64,000 nucleotides of DNA from a virus. A program made the translations under genes and the position numbers. The DNA is taken from IMG/VR virus record IMGVR_UViG_3300047509_000103, positions 1 through 64,000 of that record; one strand, given 5' to 3'. The notes beneath the pieces were generated by a model, which saw only the letters and a list, made by a program, of their open reading frames with translations, was not told the DNA's origin and ran no database searches. This document shows, piece after piece, positions 37,586 to 46,721 of the stretch (its first letter is position 1; every line of letters starts with the position of its first letter).

Positions 37586-38067
37586 TGTTCGACAAGATCG
37601 CTTGGCAGCGCCAATGGCGCGCTGAGAATAAAGAACGCAACACCGGATATCACATTGCCGCTTACAGGCGCGATCCGGAAAAGCACAAAGCAGCGCACAA
37701 CAAATGGCGCGATGCGAACGTGCAAAAAGCGAATGACGCGACATCGCAATGGCGTGGCAGGAACAAGGAAAAACTGCTCGCTTACTCGCGCGACTACGCT
37801 GCTAGAAATAGAGCAAGCCGTGCCGCGAATCAAGCGAAGCGTCGCGCTTTGAAGCTATTGGCAACACCGCTGTGGGCAGACCACGAGTTGATTGAACTCA
37901 TCTATGCCGAGGCTGCGCATCGTGGCTTGGAAGTTGATCACGTGATACCGCTTCAAGGCAAGACTGTTTGTGGCTTGCACGTGCATACGAACATGCAATT
38001 GCTCAGTGCTGGCGAGAATTACAGCAAGCGCAACAAGTACCCGTATCCATCAAGGATTCCACTATGA
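37585..38067 (+). CDS. HNH endonuclease
   Basis: ATP.WAD, EVDHVIPLQGKTVCGLHVHTNMQ..EN.SK.N. Confidence 0.92.
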   Translation: MFDKIAWQRQWRAENKERNTGYHIAAYRRDPEKHKAAHNKWRDANVQKANDATSQWRGRNKEKLLAYSRDYAARNRASRAANQAKRRALKLLATPLWADHELIELIYAEAAHRGLEVDHVIPLQGKTVCGLHVHTNMQLLSAGENYSKRNKYPYPSRIPL

Positions 38068-38675
38068 AACGCATCTCGCAGTTGTGTCTCATCGTCGCAT
38101 TCGCAGCCATTTCTGGCTGCGCTGCGCTTCAAGCTACGAATTCCAAAATTCAGCAGGATGTGCAGAAGGTCGAGGCGAAGATTGCCACCGACGTTCAAGC
38201 CGCATCGGTGCCGGACTTGGAGAATGCAAAGCTCGGCGCCGCGAACCTGCCGGAACCGCAGAAAACTGACGCGCTGACCTGCATCAACGAGCAGGAAGTG
38301 TATCTTGGCTCGGTCGTTACAGCGCTCACGGCTGTTCAGACAACGACTACGACGCCTGGGCCCGCTTTCAATCCGTTGCAGCCCGGTATTTTTACATTGG
38401 CCGTTGACGCCCAGTTGCAGGCCAATACGAGCAACATCGATCCGCTGGCGCTATTGACCGCTGCGATACCGCAGGTTCCGCATCAACTGGTGAAGGACTG
38501 CCTGATCGTGATCACTGATTCAAAGGTGGCAATCGCAAAGCTCGGACTACAAGCGGCAACGTTGGCGGCTAGCGTCGCGAACATAGGTGCTGCAGCCAAG
38601 CTCAAGGCTGGTGCTTCGGCGCTAAAAGCCGGAGAGGCCGCCTTGAAGGTCGAAGCAGCTGCGGTGCATCCATAG
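38064..38675 (+). CDS. Lipoprotein (possible spanin)
   Basis: MKRISQLCLIVAFAAISGC lipobox. Confidence 0.7.
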   Translation: MKRISQLCLIVAFAAISGCAALQATNSKIQQDVQKVEAKIATDVQAASVPDLENAKLGAANLPEPQKTDALTCINEQEVYLGSVVTALTAVQTTTTTPGPAFNPLQPGIFTLAVDAQLQANTSNIDPLALLTAAIPQVPHQLVKDCLIVITDSKVAIAKLGLQAATLAASVANIGAAAKLKAGASALKAGEAALKVEAAAVHP

Positions 38676-38873
38676 GTGGCTGCGGTCAAATCCTCAGCCG
38701 TCTCGGACATCGAGTACGACCACGCCAAGCAGCAAATGCACGTCGTGTTCAAGGGTGGGAAGAAGTACACCTACCACGACGTGCCGGCCAAGGTTCATAG
38801 CACGGTGGTCAGTGCCGCCAGCATCGGCCAGGCGATGGCCAAGCACGTGCTCGGCAAGTATCGACACACGTAG
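38676..38873 (+). CDS. KTSC domain protein
   Basis: VKSSAVSDIEYD....MHVVFKGG..YTYHDVP...A.SIG. Confidence 0.9.
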   Translation: MAAVKSSAVSDIEYDHAKQQMHVVFKGGKKYTYHDVPAKVHSTVVSAASIGQAMAKHVLGKYRHT

Positions 38874-38884
38874 GAGAAATACCA

Positions 38885-39148
38885 ATGAACCGGCGTGAGT
38901 TCTTCGCGATGACTGCAGGCGCTGCGTTGGGCGGGATAGTTGCTGGCGCGGTTGCCAATCAGCTGACTCCAGCGCGCCCGGCGATTGTACCGGCGTGCAT
39001 GGAGATGTCGCCAGATCTGCCGCAGAGCAATACGGCGCAGTTGATGCGTTCGACTTTTCCGAGCGTTTCGGAGATTCAGGAGCAGTTGGCGAATTCGGCG
39101 ATGTCTGCCGTAAATGTCGGCGCTAGCATTCGTAGGGATCAACCATGA
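38885..39148 (+). CDS. Small protein with twin-arginine-like N-terminus
   Basis: MNRREFF followed by a hydrophobic stretch; AGGAG RBS. Confidence 0.65.
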   Translation: MNRREFFAMTAGAALGGIVAGAVANQLTPARPAIVPACMEMSPDLPQSNTAQLMRSTFPSVSEIQEQLANSAMSAVNVGASIRRDQP

Positions 39149-39357
39149 AGATCACAACCAAACAGCGCGACGCGTTGCCGGCGAGCAAGTTCGCGTTGCC
39201 CGAGCAGCGCAAGTATCCGGTTAACGACCGAGCTCACGCCGCGAACGCCAAGGCGCGCGCCACGCAGCAGTTCGACAAGGGCAACCTGAGCATGTCGGCC
39301 AAGCAGCAGGTTGTCAGGGCCGCGAACCGCACGCTCAGTCGTGGCCGGGGTAGCTGA
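39145..39357 (+). CDS. Small basic phage protein
   Basis: QRDALPASKFALP..RKYPVNDRAHA.NAKARA. Confidence 0.75.
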   Translation: MKITTKQRDALPASKFALPEQRKYPVNDRAHAANAKARATQQFDKGNLSMSAKQQVVRAANRTLSRGRGS

Positions 39358-39365
39358 GAATCGTC

Positions 39366-39923
39366 ATGGCAACCAAGCAGCGTAAACGCCGGGACGGCCA
39401 TGTTCCGGCGAAAGGTCAGCAGGACGTCACCAAAGCTGCGCAGCCAAAGCGTAAGAAGCGCAAAGCAAAAGCCCCAAAGCCTAACGGTAGACCGTCTGAC
39501 TACAGGCCGAGGTTTTGCAAGAAGGCGCAGGAAATGGCGCATGGAGGCGCAACCGATCGCGAAATCGCGGAAAAGCTGGGGGTGCACGAAGTCACACTCT
39601 ATCGCTGGCAGCACGAGCACCCAGAGTTTCGCAGTGCCATAAAGCTCGGGAAGGAGGCTGCAGACAAGCGCGTCGAGCAATCTCTCTACCGTCGCGCCAT
39701 TGGCTACAGCCACGACGCCACGAAGATCATGCAGAACAACGGTGTCCCGGTGATCGTTCCGTACGTCGAGCACTTTCCGCCTGATCCGACATCAATGATC
39801 TTCTGGCTAAAGAACCGCAAGCCGAAGGATTGGCGCGACAAGATCGACCACGAGCACGCTGGTGCGAATGGTGGACCGATTGAACTGACAGCGATCAGAT
39901 TGGTGCCATTGGGGCGCGAGTGA
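39366..39923 (+). CDS. Terminase small subunit
   Basis: GRPSDY, GATDREIA..LGV..TLYRW, VEQSLYRRAIGY, PPDPTSMIFWLKNRKP. Confidence 0.92.
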   Translation: MATKQRKRRDGHVPAKGQQDVTKAAQPKRKKRKAKAPKPNGRPSDYRPRFCKKAQEMAHGGATDREIAEKLGVHEVTLYRWQHEHPEFRSAIKLGKEAADKRVEQSLYRRAIGYSHDATKIMQNNGVPVIVPYVEHFPPDPTSMIFWLKNRKPKDWRDKIDHEHAGANGGPIELTAIRLVPLGRE

Positions 39924-41311
39924 ACAGCGATGCGGGTGTGTTGCGAATAGCGATTCCGGAGAAACTGATTCCGGTATTCGAGGGGCGCGCGGACGTGCGC
40001 GGCGCCTATGGCGGCCGCGGCTCTGCCAAGACCCGCAGTTTCGCGAAGATGGCAGCCGCATTCGGAATGCGGTATGGGCAAGCTGGTATCAAGGGTCAAA
40101 TCCTGTGCGCCCGCCAGTACATGAATTCACTGGACGATTCCTCACTTGAAGAGGTCAAGCGGGCGATCGAAGAAGAGCCGTTTTTAGCGGCGTACTACGA
40201 GGTCGGTGAGAAATACATCTGCAGCCGCGACGGGAACATCAGTTTCGGGTTCGCTGGGTTGCACCTGAGCATCGATAGCATCAAGTCGAAGGGCCGCATC
40301 CTGTTGTGCTGGGTCGACGAAGCAGAGCCAGTGCTTGAATCGGCATGGAATACGCTGGAACCGACGCTGCGCGAAGAAGCCGACGGCTGGAATGCCGAGC
40401 TGTGGGTGACGTGGAATCCGAAGCGCAAGAGTGCCGCAGTCGAGAAGCGTTACCGCAATAGCTCGGATCCACTGATCAAGATTGTCGAGCTGAACTGGCG
40501 CGACAACCCCAAGTTCCCTGGCAAGCTGGAGCGCCAGCGTGAACGAGATCTGGAAGGAAGTCCGGACGAGTACCCACACATCTGGGACGGCGCTTACCAG
40601 ACGGTCGTCAAAGGCGCTTACTACGCGCAGCAGATTGCGGCCGCAAAAGCCAGCGGTCGAGTCAGCCGTGTGGCTGCCGATCCTTTGCTGACGTTTCGTG
40701 TCCACTGCGATATCGGCGGAACCGGAATCAATTCTGACGCCTTCGTGATGTGGGCTGACCAGATTGTTGGTCGCGAAGTTCGGCTGCTGGACTATTACGA
40801 GGTCCAAGGCCAGCCGGCCGCTGCGCATGTATTGTGGCTACGCGAGCACGGTTACGTTCCAGGCAATACGACGATTGTGTTGCCGCACGACGGTGCCCAG
40901 GCTGACAAGGTTTTCGCAATCACGTATCAAGGCGCATTCCAGGCAGCTGGGTACGACACGATCGTTATCCCCAACATGGGCAAAGGTGCTGCGAAGCTAC
41001 GCATCGAGGCTGGTCGCCGATTGTTTGGCGCAATGTGGTTCGACGCAGATGGCACCGAAGTTGGGTTGGACACGCTGGCGTGCTATCACGAGAAGATCGA
41101 CGAGAAGCGCGACATCGGACTGGGACCGGAACACGACAGTGCATCGCACTGCGGTGACTCCTTTGGTCTGATAGCGGTTGATTACGAGCTCAACAAGCCA
41201 AGTGGCACGCGTGTTGGCGGTAATAGTGACACCTACAACGCGGTCGCTCACTGGAAGCGCAAGCTGCGCCAGCGAAATGGAACCACTGGTCGAGGGGCAA
41301 TGACGGCCTGA
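39920..41311 (+). CDS. Terminase large subunit (PBSX-type)
   Basis: GGRGSAKT, WVDEAE, TWNP, HDGA, SHCGDSF. Confidence 0.95.
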   Translation: MNSDAGVLRIAIPEKLIPVFEGRADVRGAYGGRGSAKTRSFAKMAAAFGMRYGQAGIKGQILCARQYMNSLDDSSLEEVKRAIEEEPFLAAYYEVGEKYICSRDGNISFGFAGLHLSIDSIKSKGRILLCWVDEAEPVLESAWNTLEPTLREEADGWNAELWVTWNPKRKSAAVEKRYRNSSDPLIKIVELNWRDNPKFPGKLERQRERDLEGSPDEYPHIWDGAYQTVVKGAYYAQQIAAAKASGRVSRVAADPLLTFRVHCDIGGTGINSDAFVMWADQIVGREVRLLDYYEVQGQPAAAHVLWLREHGYVPGNTTIVLPHDGAQADKVFAITYQGAFQAAGYDTIVIPNMGKGAAKLRIEAGRRLFGAMWFDADGTEVGLDTLACYHEKIDEKRDIGLGPEHDSASHCGDSFGLIAVDYELNKPSGTRVGGNSDTYNAVAHWKRKLRQRNGTTGRGAMTA

Positions 41312-41383
41312 GCATTTTGGCGCAGTAGACGTTCACCACAGACCCGGCCTCGAGCCGGGTTTCGCATTTCTGAGGACTGACCA

Positions 41384-43639
41384 TTGGCAGCGATCCCAAA
41401 CAATGTCGCCGCCCCATACGGCGCACCTGGCGATCCTGGCAACGAAGCCGAAACGGCGATGGGGGTATTCCAGCGCATCGAGGAAAAGTATTACCGCGGG
41501 CATATCGACTACATGCTGCACGCGCGGCGCATGGAGGACATGTACCTCGCCGGCGGCCGCCAGTGGCGCGCAGACGATGCGGCAAAGCTGGAACAAGAGG
41601 GCCGACCTGCATACGAGGTCGACATCATCAAGCCGGCTATCAACGCGATCATCGGCTACCAAATCGCGAACCGTGTTGACCTTTCCTTCGTTCCGCGCGG
41701 CGGCGACAGCGACGAAAACTCCGCTCGCATAATGAGCAAAGTTGTCCGGCAGATGTTGGATAACGTTAAGTGGCGCCAGATCGAGACGAATTGTGTACTG
41801 GACGGTTTGATCCAGCAGCGCGGGTATCTCGACTTGCGCATGAGCTACGACAACAACGATCTCGGCGAGTTGGAGATCCGCTGCATCGACCCGTTGGATG
41901 CGATGCCGGATTTGGACGCCAACGAATACGACCCCGACAAGTGGGCTGATTTTGACGAATCACGCTGGCTGACGGCGACGCAGATCGAGTCGCAGTACGG
42001 CAAGGACGCGGCCGATCAAATCGTCGGATTCTCCGATCACTTGTCGGACGAAGAGAACTGGGGCGTTGAAAACGGTGTCGATCGCCGCGGCTTCGACGAC
42101 TACTTCGGCGCCTACGCCTACGGACGTGCGTACTACGGTCGCAAAGGGCCATGGCGGCGCTACCGCATCGTGCATCGCCAGGTGAACGAGTACGCGAGCA
42201 CCTTGGTGGCGCGCTGGCCTACCGGCGATGTGCGATCGTTGACCGGTTCCTCGCGTGAGGAAATTGGATACCTGCTACAGAAAGGCATCCCCGTATTCAA
42301 GCGCCGCATGCGTCAAGTACGCATGATGGTTGCAGCACCAGGCACGATGCTGTTCGACGGCAGGAGCCCGTACAAGCACATGACGCCGGTGCCGTTCTTC
42401 CCCTACTTCCGCCGCGGACGGACGATAGGTGCCGTGGACGCCCTGGCGAGCGTGCAGGAGATGCTCAACAAGTTCATCTCGCAGTATGGCCACGTCATCA
42501 ACAGCAGCGCGAACGGTGGATGGGAAGGCGAGGCCGACAGTCTTGCCAACATGGACGACGGCGAGTTCGTGGATCGCGCTTCGGAAACCGGCCTCGTGTT
42601 GCTGACGAAGCCAGGTAAGAAAGCGCCGACGAAGATCAAACCGAACGACGTGCCGCAAGGCATCGCTGAAATGATCCAGTTCGCGTACAAAAACGCGCAG
42701 ATGGTGAGCGGCGTTGACGAGAACCTGATGGGCGCCAACCAGAAGGACTTGTCCGGCGTTGCGGTGCAGAGCTACCAGTACGCGAGCCAGATGAAGCTGG
42801 CACCCATGCTCGACAACGTGAGTTTGATGCGGCAAACGATGCTGGGCCGCGTCCTCGATATAACGCAGGAGTACATGGGCGCAGAACGCGTGATGCGGAT
42901 CAGCGAGGAAAACTCCTACGGCGCGCAGCAACATATTCCGTACACGTTGAACCAGCGCATGGACGACGGCTCGGTATTGAACGACCTGACGATTGGCACC
43001 TACGACCTGGTTGTCGATGAGCAACCGGCACAGATCACTTTCGACAATTCGCAATTCGAGCAGATGGAAACAATGCGCAAGATGGGCATTCCGATCTCGG
43101 ACGCCCGGATGATTCGCGCATCGAATCTGTCGAACAAGAGCGAGATCGCTGAGGAAGCGGAACAGAAGGCCAATACCGCGGCCAACATGAGCGCGCAACC
43201 GAATCCGCTGGCGGACGCGAGCATTGCCCTGGCTCAGGCCAAGGCTGCTCTGGCGCAGGCGCAGGCACGCAAGGCGCAGGCCGAAGCGGTCGAGGCGGCC
43301 ATCGAGTCGGAGTTCAGCGCAGTGCAAACCGCGCAGACCATCGTTATGACCCCAGCCGTCGCGACGCTGGCCGACCAGTTGCTCAAGTCTGGCGGCTTCG
43401 TCGACGCCGATGCGCCACCGATCGTGCCGCAGGTTCCCCCAGGCACGCAGATGACGCCGGCACAAGAGGCCGAAATCGCTGGGCAGCACAAGAACACGCA
43501 CCCGCTGTTCCCTGCGCATGCCGACACGGGGCTGAACAAGGGAATCAGCAAGCCAGCTGATCCAACCGCAGTTCCTGTCGGCGCACCGCAACCACCCGGG
43601 TCAGTACACAACCCGGACGACGGTATTTCTTCGTTCTGA
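41384..43639 (+). CDS. Portal protein (P22-like)
   Basis: GRQW..L...GRPA...IKPAINAIIG, QEMLNK, SGVAV, DLTIGTYDLVV; follows TerL. Confidence 0.9.
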   Translation: MAAIPNNVAAPYGAPGDPGNEAETAMGVFQRIEEKYYRGHIDYMLHARRMEDMYLAGGRQWRADDAAKLEQEGRPAYEVDIIKPAINAIIGYQIANRVDLSFVPRGGDSDENSARIMSKVVRQMLDNVKWRQIETNCVLDGLIQQRGYLDLRMSYDNNDLGELEIRCIDPLDAMPDLDANEYDPDKWADFDESRWLTATQIESQYGKDAADQIVGFSDHLSDEENWGVENGVDRRGFDDYFGAYAYGRAYYGRKGPWRRYRIVHRQVNEYASTLVARWPTGDVRSLTGSSREEIGYLLQKGIPVFKRRMRQVRMMVAAPGTMLFDGRSPYKHMTPVPFFPYFRRGRTIGAVDALASVQEMLNKFISQYGHVINSSANGGWEGEADSLANMDDGEFVDRASETGLVLLTKPGKKAPTKIKPNDVPQGIAEMIQFAYKNAQMVSGVDENLMGANQKDLSGVAVQSYQYASQMKLAPMLDNVSLMRQTMLGRVLDITQEYMGAERVMRISEENSYGAQQHIPYTLNQRMDDGSVLNDLTIGTYDLVVDEQPAQITFDNSQFEQMETMRKMGIPISDARMIRASNLSNKSEIAEEAEQKANTAANMSAQPNPLADASIALAQAKAALAQAQARKAQAEAVEAAIESEFSAVQTAQTIVMTPAVATLADQLLKSGGFVDADAPPIVPQVPPGTQMTPAQEAEIAGQHKNTHPLFPAHADTGLNKGISKPADPTAVPVGAPQPPGSVHNPDDGISSF

Positions 43640-43651
43640 GTAAGCCGCCGC

Positions 43652-43867
43652 ATGAAAACCGCCGAATACTGGTCAGATTTGCGTCGTTGCATTCAGCGCA
43701 TCATCCAAGCGGCTCGGCCGATCAATCTCTACCTGTCCCAATGTGGGCATCCAACGTTTATGCCTGGCGTCGGCTGTTCGCTGGTCGGCACATATACGAC
43801 GCAGGTGACGTTGCAGCAGCTTATTGACGATATCGATGAAGCGGATCGCGAGCGCCGGGAAAGGTAA
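43652..43867 (+). CDS. Hypothetical protein
   Basis: 71-aa ORF. Confidence 0.5.
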   Translation: MKTAEYWSDLRRCIQRIIQAARPINLYLSQCGHPTFMPGVGCSLVGTYTTQVTLQQLIDDIDEADRERRER

Positions 43868-43906
43868 ACATTCGCGAAAACGGTTTTTATTCAACGGAGC
43901 ACTCCA

Positions 43907-44128
43907 ATGGCAAAGTCGAAGAACAGCACAATGATGGGCGGTATGGATCCCGACTGGCAGACCGAGAGCGACGTTCGCACGCTCGGCGAGGCGCATCGCA
44001 TCAAGGGCGATCCGAAGCGGCTCAAGGCAGCGAAGGAGCATGCGAAGAAGAAGTTGGAGTCGATGGCTCGGATCGCATCTACGTCTGCCGTAGACGACGA
44101 CGGCGACGACGATAACAACAACGACTGA
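43907..44128 (+). CDS. Hypothetical phage protein
   Basis: DWQTESDVRTL..A..IK.D.KR..AA; GGAG RBS. Confidence 0.75.
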   Translation: MAKSKNSTMMGGMDPDWQTESDVRTLGEAHRIKGDPKRLKAAKEHAKKKLESMARIASTSAVDDDGDDDNNND

Positions 44129-44144
44129 TCGCAAGACCAGCAGC

Positions 44145-44168
44145 AAGCCGCCCCGAAGGGTGGTTTTT
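44145..44168 (+). terminator. Rho-independent terminator
   Basis: GCCGCCC-CGAA-GGGTGGT-TTTT. Confidence 0.65.
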
Positions 44169-44191
44169 GTGCATGAAATTTGGAGCAAGCA

Positions 44192-45238
44192 ATGGCTGAC
44201 AAAGAAAACGAGCCGCAGAAAGAACTGCCGCTCGACAACCAGCAGGTGGACGATGCTGATATTTCCGACTTCGACGATGCGGCAGCCGGTGTCGGTTCAC
44301 CGCCGGCCGCTGCGCCAGCGCAGGATGACGCCAGCACTGCTGCTGCCGAGCAACCGGATGGCAAGCAAGCGGAAGAGGAAATAGATCCGGAAATTCTCAA
44401 GGCCATTGCGGCTGATGATGAGTCGCCAGCTGCAGCGGCAACCGACGACGATCGAATGATCCCGAAGGCGCGCTTTGATGAGGTCAACGGCAAGTTCAAG
44501 GACGTCGCGTCGCGCCTTGATGCTATTGAGGCCGACCGCAAGCAGGCCCAAGCGAAGGCCGCTCCCGGCCGCGACTTCGACGCTGAAGAAAAGGAGTTGG
44601 AGGCCAAGCAGAAGGACTTGGAGGACAAATTCGAAAGCGGTGAAATCGACGCCGACGCGCACCGCGCGCAGGCTGCCGACTACGTCAAGCAACTGCGCCA
44701 GCTCGACCGCGAACGCGGCCACGCTGAAGGACTTGGTACAGGCCTTCAAGAAGCGGATAAGCGCGTCGCCAAAGAACGCCAAGAGGCCGCGCAGAAGGCA
44801 TGGCAGGCGAAGATTGGTGCGTGGGAGAAGGCCAACGCCGACAAACTCGAAAATGCCGCCTACAAGGACAAGGTCGAGGAACTGTTCACGAAGTTCGGCA
44901 AAGACCCGAGCTTGTCGGATGACGACCTGATTGCCAAGGTCGAGGAAGGTGCCCAGGCATGGGTTTCGCAGATGGCGAAACTACTTGGCCTCGGCGAGAA
45001 GACGCCGGTAGCCGATCCTGATGCAGTTCCTGCAGCCGATCCGCACGCCGCTCGCAACGCGAAGGACGCAACAGCGCAGGCGCGCGCTAGCGCATTGCCA
45101 TCGGCATCCGTGCCAGGCAGCGCCGGAAACCGCAGCACGCGCGGCGCGATACCTGGCAAGGTCCAGGATCTTACTCAAAAGGAAATCGATGGGCTGCTCA
45201 AGGAAGACGGCGCCGCGAAAGATATCGCAGACTTCTGA
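44192..45238 (+). CDS. Scaffolding protein
   Basis: Acidic coiled coil with MIPKARFDEVN, between portal and capsid. Confidence 0.8.
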   Translation: MADKENEPQKELPLDNQQVDDADISDFDDAAAGVGSPPAAAPAQDDASTAAAEQPDGKQAEEEIDPEILKAIAADDESPAAAATDDDRMIPKARFDEVNGKFKDVASRLDAIEADRKQAQAKAAPGRDFDAEEKELEAKQKDLEDKFESGEIDADAHRAQAADYVKQLRQLDRERGHAEGLGTGLQEADKRVAKERQEAAQKAWQAKIGAWEKANADKLENAAYKDKVEELFTKFGKDPSLSDDDLIAKVEEGAQAWVSQMAKLLGLGEKTPVADPDAVPAADPHAARNAKDATAQARASALPSASVPGSAGNRSTRGAIPGKVQDLTQKEIDGLLKEDGAAKDIADF

Positions 45239-45256
45239 ACCTAAGAGGAATTTTCA

Positions 45257-45889
45257 ATGAGCACCGTAGATTCCCAGTATGCGATAGGCGCGAATGCGCA
45301 GGAGCTGTCTGACTCTGTCGCCGCCTTGATCGCGCTTGGCTATGAGCCGACGGATAGTCCGTCTTTCAACGGCACGCACTTCATCCAGCGTTGCGACAAT
45401 GACGGCGGTGCATCGATTGGCGACGGTGCGACCATCGCCGTGCATAACTCTGCCGGGGCGGATTCGCACAATGCCGTAGCGGAGGTCGCTGCTGGTGTTC
45501 TGACGGATGTGAAGTTTGCGTCCACCATTGCGATGGTGGACAACGCCGATACGGTCGTCGTGAACAATTCCGCCGGTTCTCCTGTGGCCGGAACGCACAG
45601 CGCCGAAGTTGCCGCCGGTGTCCTGACGGATGTGAAACTGGCGGCTACGGTTGCCCCGGTCGTGAATGCTGCGACCGTCGCCGTACACAATTCGGCTGGC
45701 TCGGTAGTCGCAGGTACACACGTTGCCGAAGTTGCGGCAGGCGTTCTGACCGACGTAAAACTCGCCGCCACCATTGCGCCGGTTGCAAGTGGGCTGGCGC
45801 TCACTGGAGTTACGCCGACCGGATCGTACGTGACCACGGTCACGTTCACTGTTACGGCCGGCGTCATCACGGCGATTGCACTGAGCTAA
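45257..45889 (+). CDS. Putative virion protein with three ~40-aa repeats
   Basis: (H/N)NSAG....H.AEVAAGVLTDVK.A.T.A three times. Confidence 0.75.
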   Translation: MSTVDSQYAIGANAQELSDSVAALIALGYEPTDSPSFNGTHFIQRCDNDGGASIGDGATIAVHNSAGADSHNAVAEVAAGVLTDVKFASTIAMVDNADTVVVNNSAGSPVAGTHSAEVAAGVLTDVKLAATVAPVVNAATVAVHNSAGSVVAGTHVAEVAAGVLTDVKLAATIAPVASGLALTGVTPTGSYVTTVTFTVTAGVITAIALS

Positions 45890-45932
45890 AGCAGATACAT
45901 CCACAAAACCGTTAAAGCAGGAGAATTTTCAA

Positions 45933-46394
45933 ATGACCATTTCCAGTTCATCGTTTGCAGTCGGAGTCGACGTAAAGTCGCTGAGTGACTCAATCGCTGC
46001 CCAGATCGCGCTTGGCTTTCAACCAGCCGATAACCCCATCCAAATGCACAACCTGCTTATTCAGCGTTGCGATAAGGTGACAAGCTCGCAAGTGCTCGCC
46101 GCTGGCGATGGTGCGATCGCCGTTGCGCAAGGCACGGTCATCATCACCAAAGGAAGTGCCGCGGCACTGACTCTGGCTGCGCCCACGACCGCGCAGGCTG
46201 GCACGCGTATCACGATCACCAGTTCGACGGCCTTTGCGCACGTCATCACTGCGACCGGTCTACTTGAAAACGGTACGACAGGCGGTCCGCACAACACCGC
46301 GACCTTCGCGGCGTTCCCGGGTGCCACCATCACGCTCGAGGCCTACAACGGTCTGTGGTTCCTCGTGTCTAGCGTTCTCGTGACGATCGCGTAA
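45933..46394 (+). CDS. Putative virion/decoration protein
   Basis: N-terminus paralogous to the 45257 gene; AGGAG RBS. Confidence 0.75.
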   Translation: MTISSSSFAVGVDVKSLSDSIAAQIALGFQPADNPIQMHNLLIQRCDKVTSSQVLAAGDGAIAVAQGTVIITKGSAAALTLAAPTTAQAGTRITITSSTAFAHVITATGLLENGTTGGPHNTATFAAFPGATITLEAYNGLWFLVSSVLVTIA

Positions 46395-46404
46395 GACATT
46401 TGTC

Positions 46405-46690
46405 TCCATGAGCCGATGAAAGTCGGCTCTATGCCAGCGATGGCCTGGCTCGCTGATCGAGAACGATCGTTTCAATTTTTGAGAATACCTCGCTTCGGGA
46501 ATCGAATGCGGGTCGGGTTATTGCGTGCCTAAAACGCAATTCGATCGCTGAGTACAGCGGTTCCGCAGCACACGGCTGCGATACCAACGTGTGCCCTTTG
46601 GCGGGCTCAACGCCACGGCTTCGTCCCACGACATAGGGACGGTTCCGCGTGACCGGCGAGACGGGTCGTTTGTGTCGATTCCCAAACCAC
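46405..46690 (+). ncRNA. Structured RNA leader of the major capsid gene
   Basis: GGGAATCGA (46497-46505) / TCGATTCCC (46675-46683) closes about six hairpins. Confidence 0.55.
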
Positions 46691-46721
46691 TCCTTTTCCA
46701 TCTCTCACGAGGTAACTCATC

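Noticed and set aside
42275-43591. 438-aa antisense ORF
   Set aside because: Shadow of the portal gene
45920-45930. Self-target of the TnpB guide (GGAGAATTTT shared with 31362-31371)
   Set aside because: Only 10 nt and both are RBS regions, so likely coincidence
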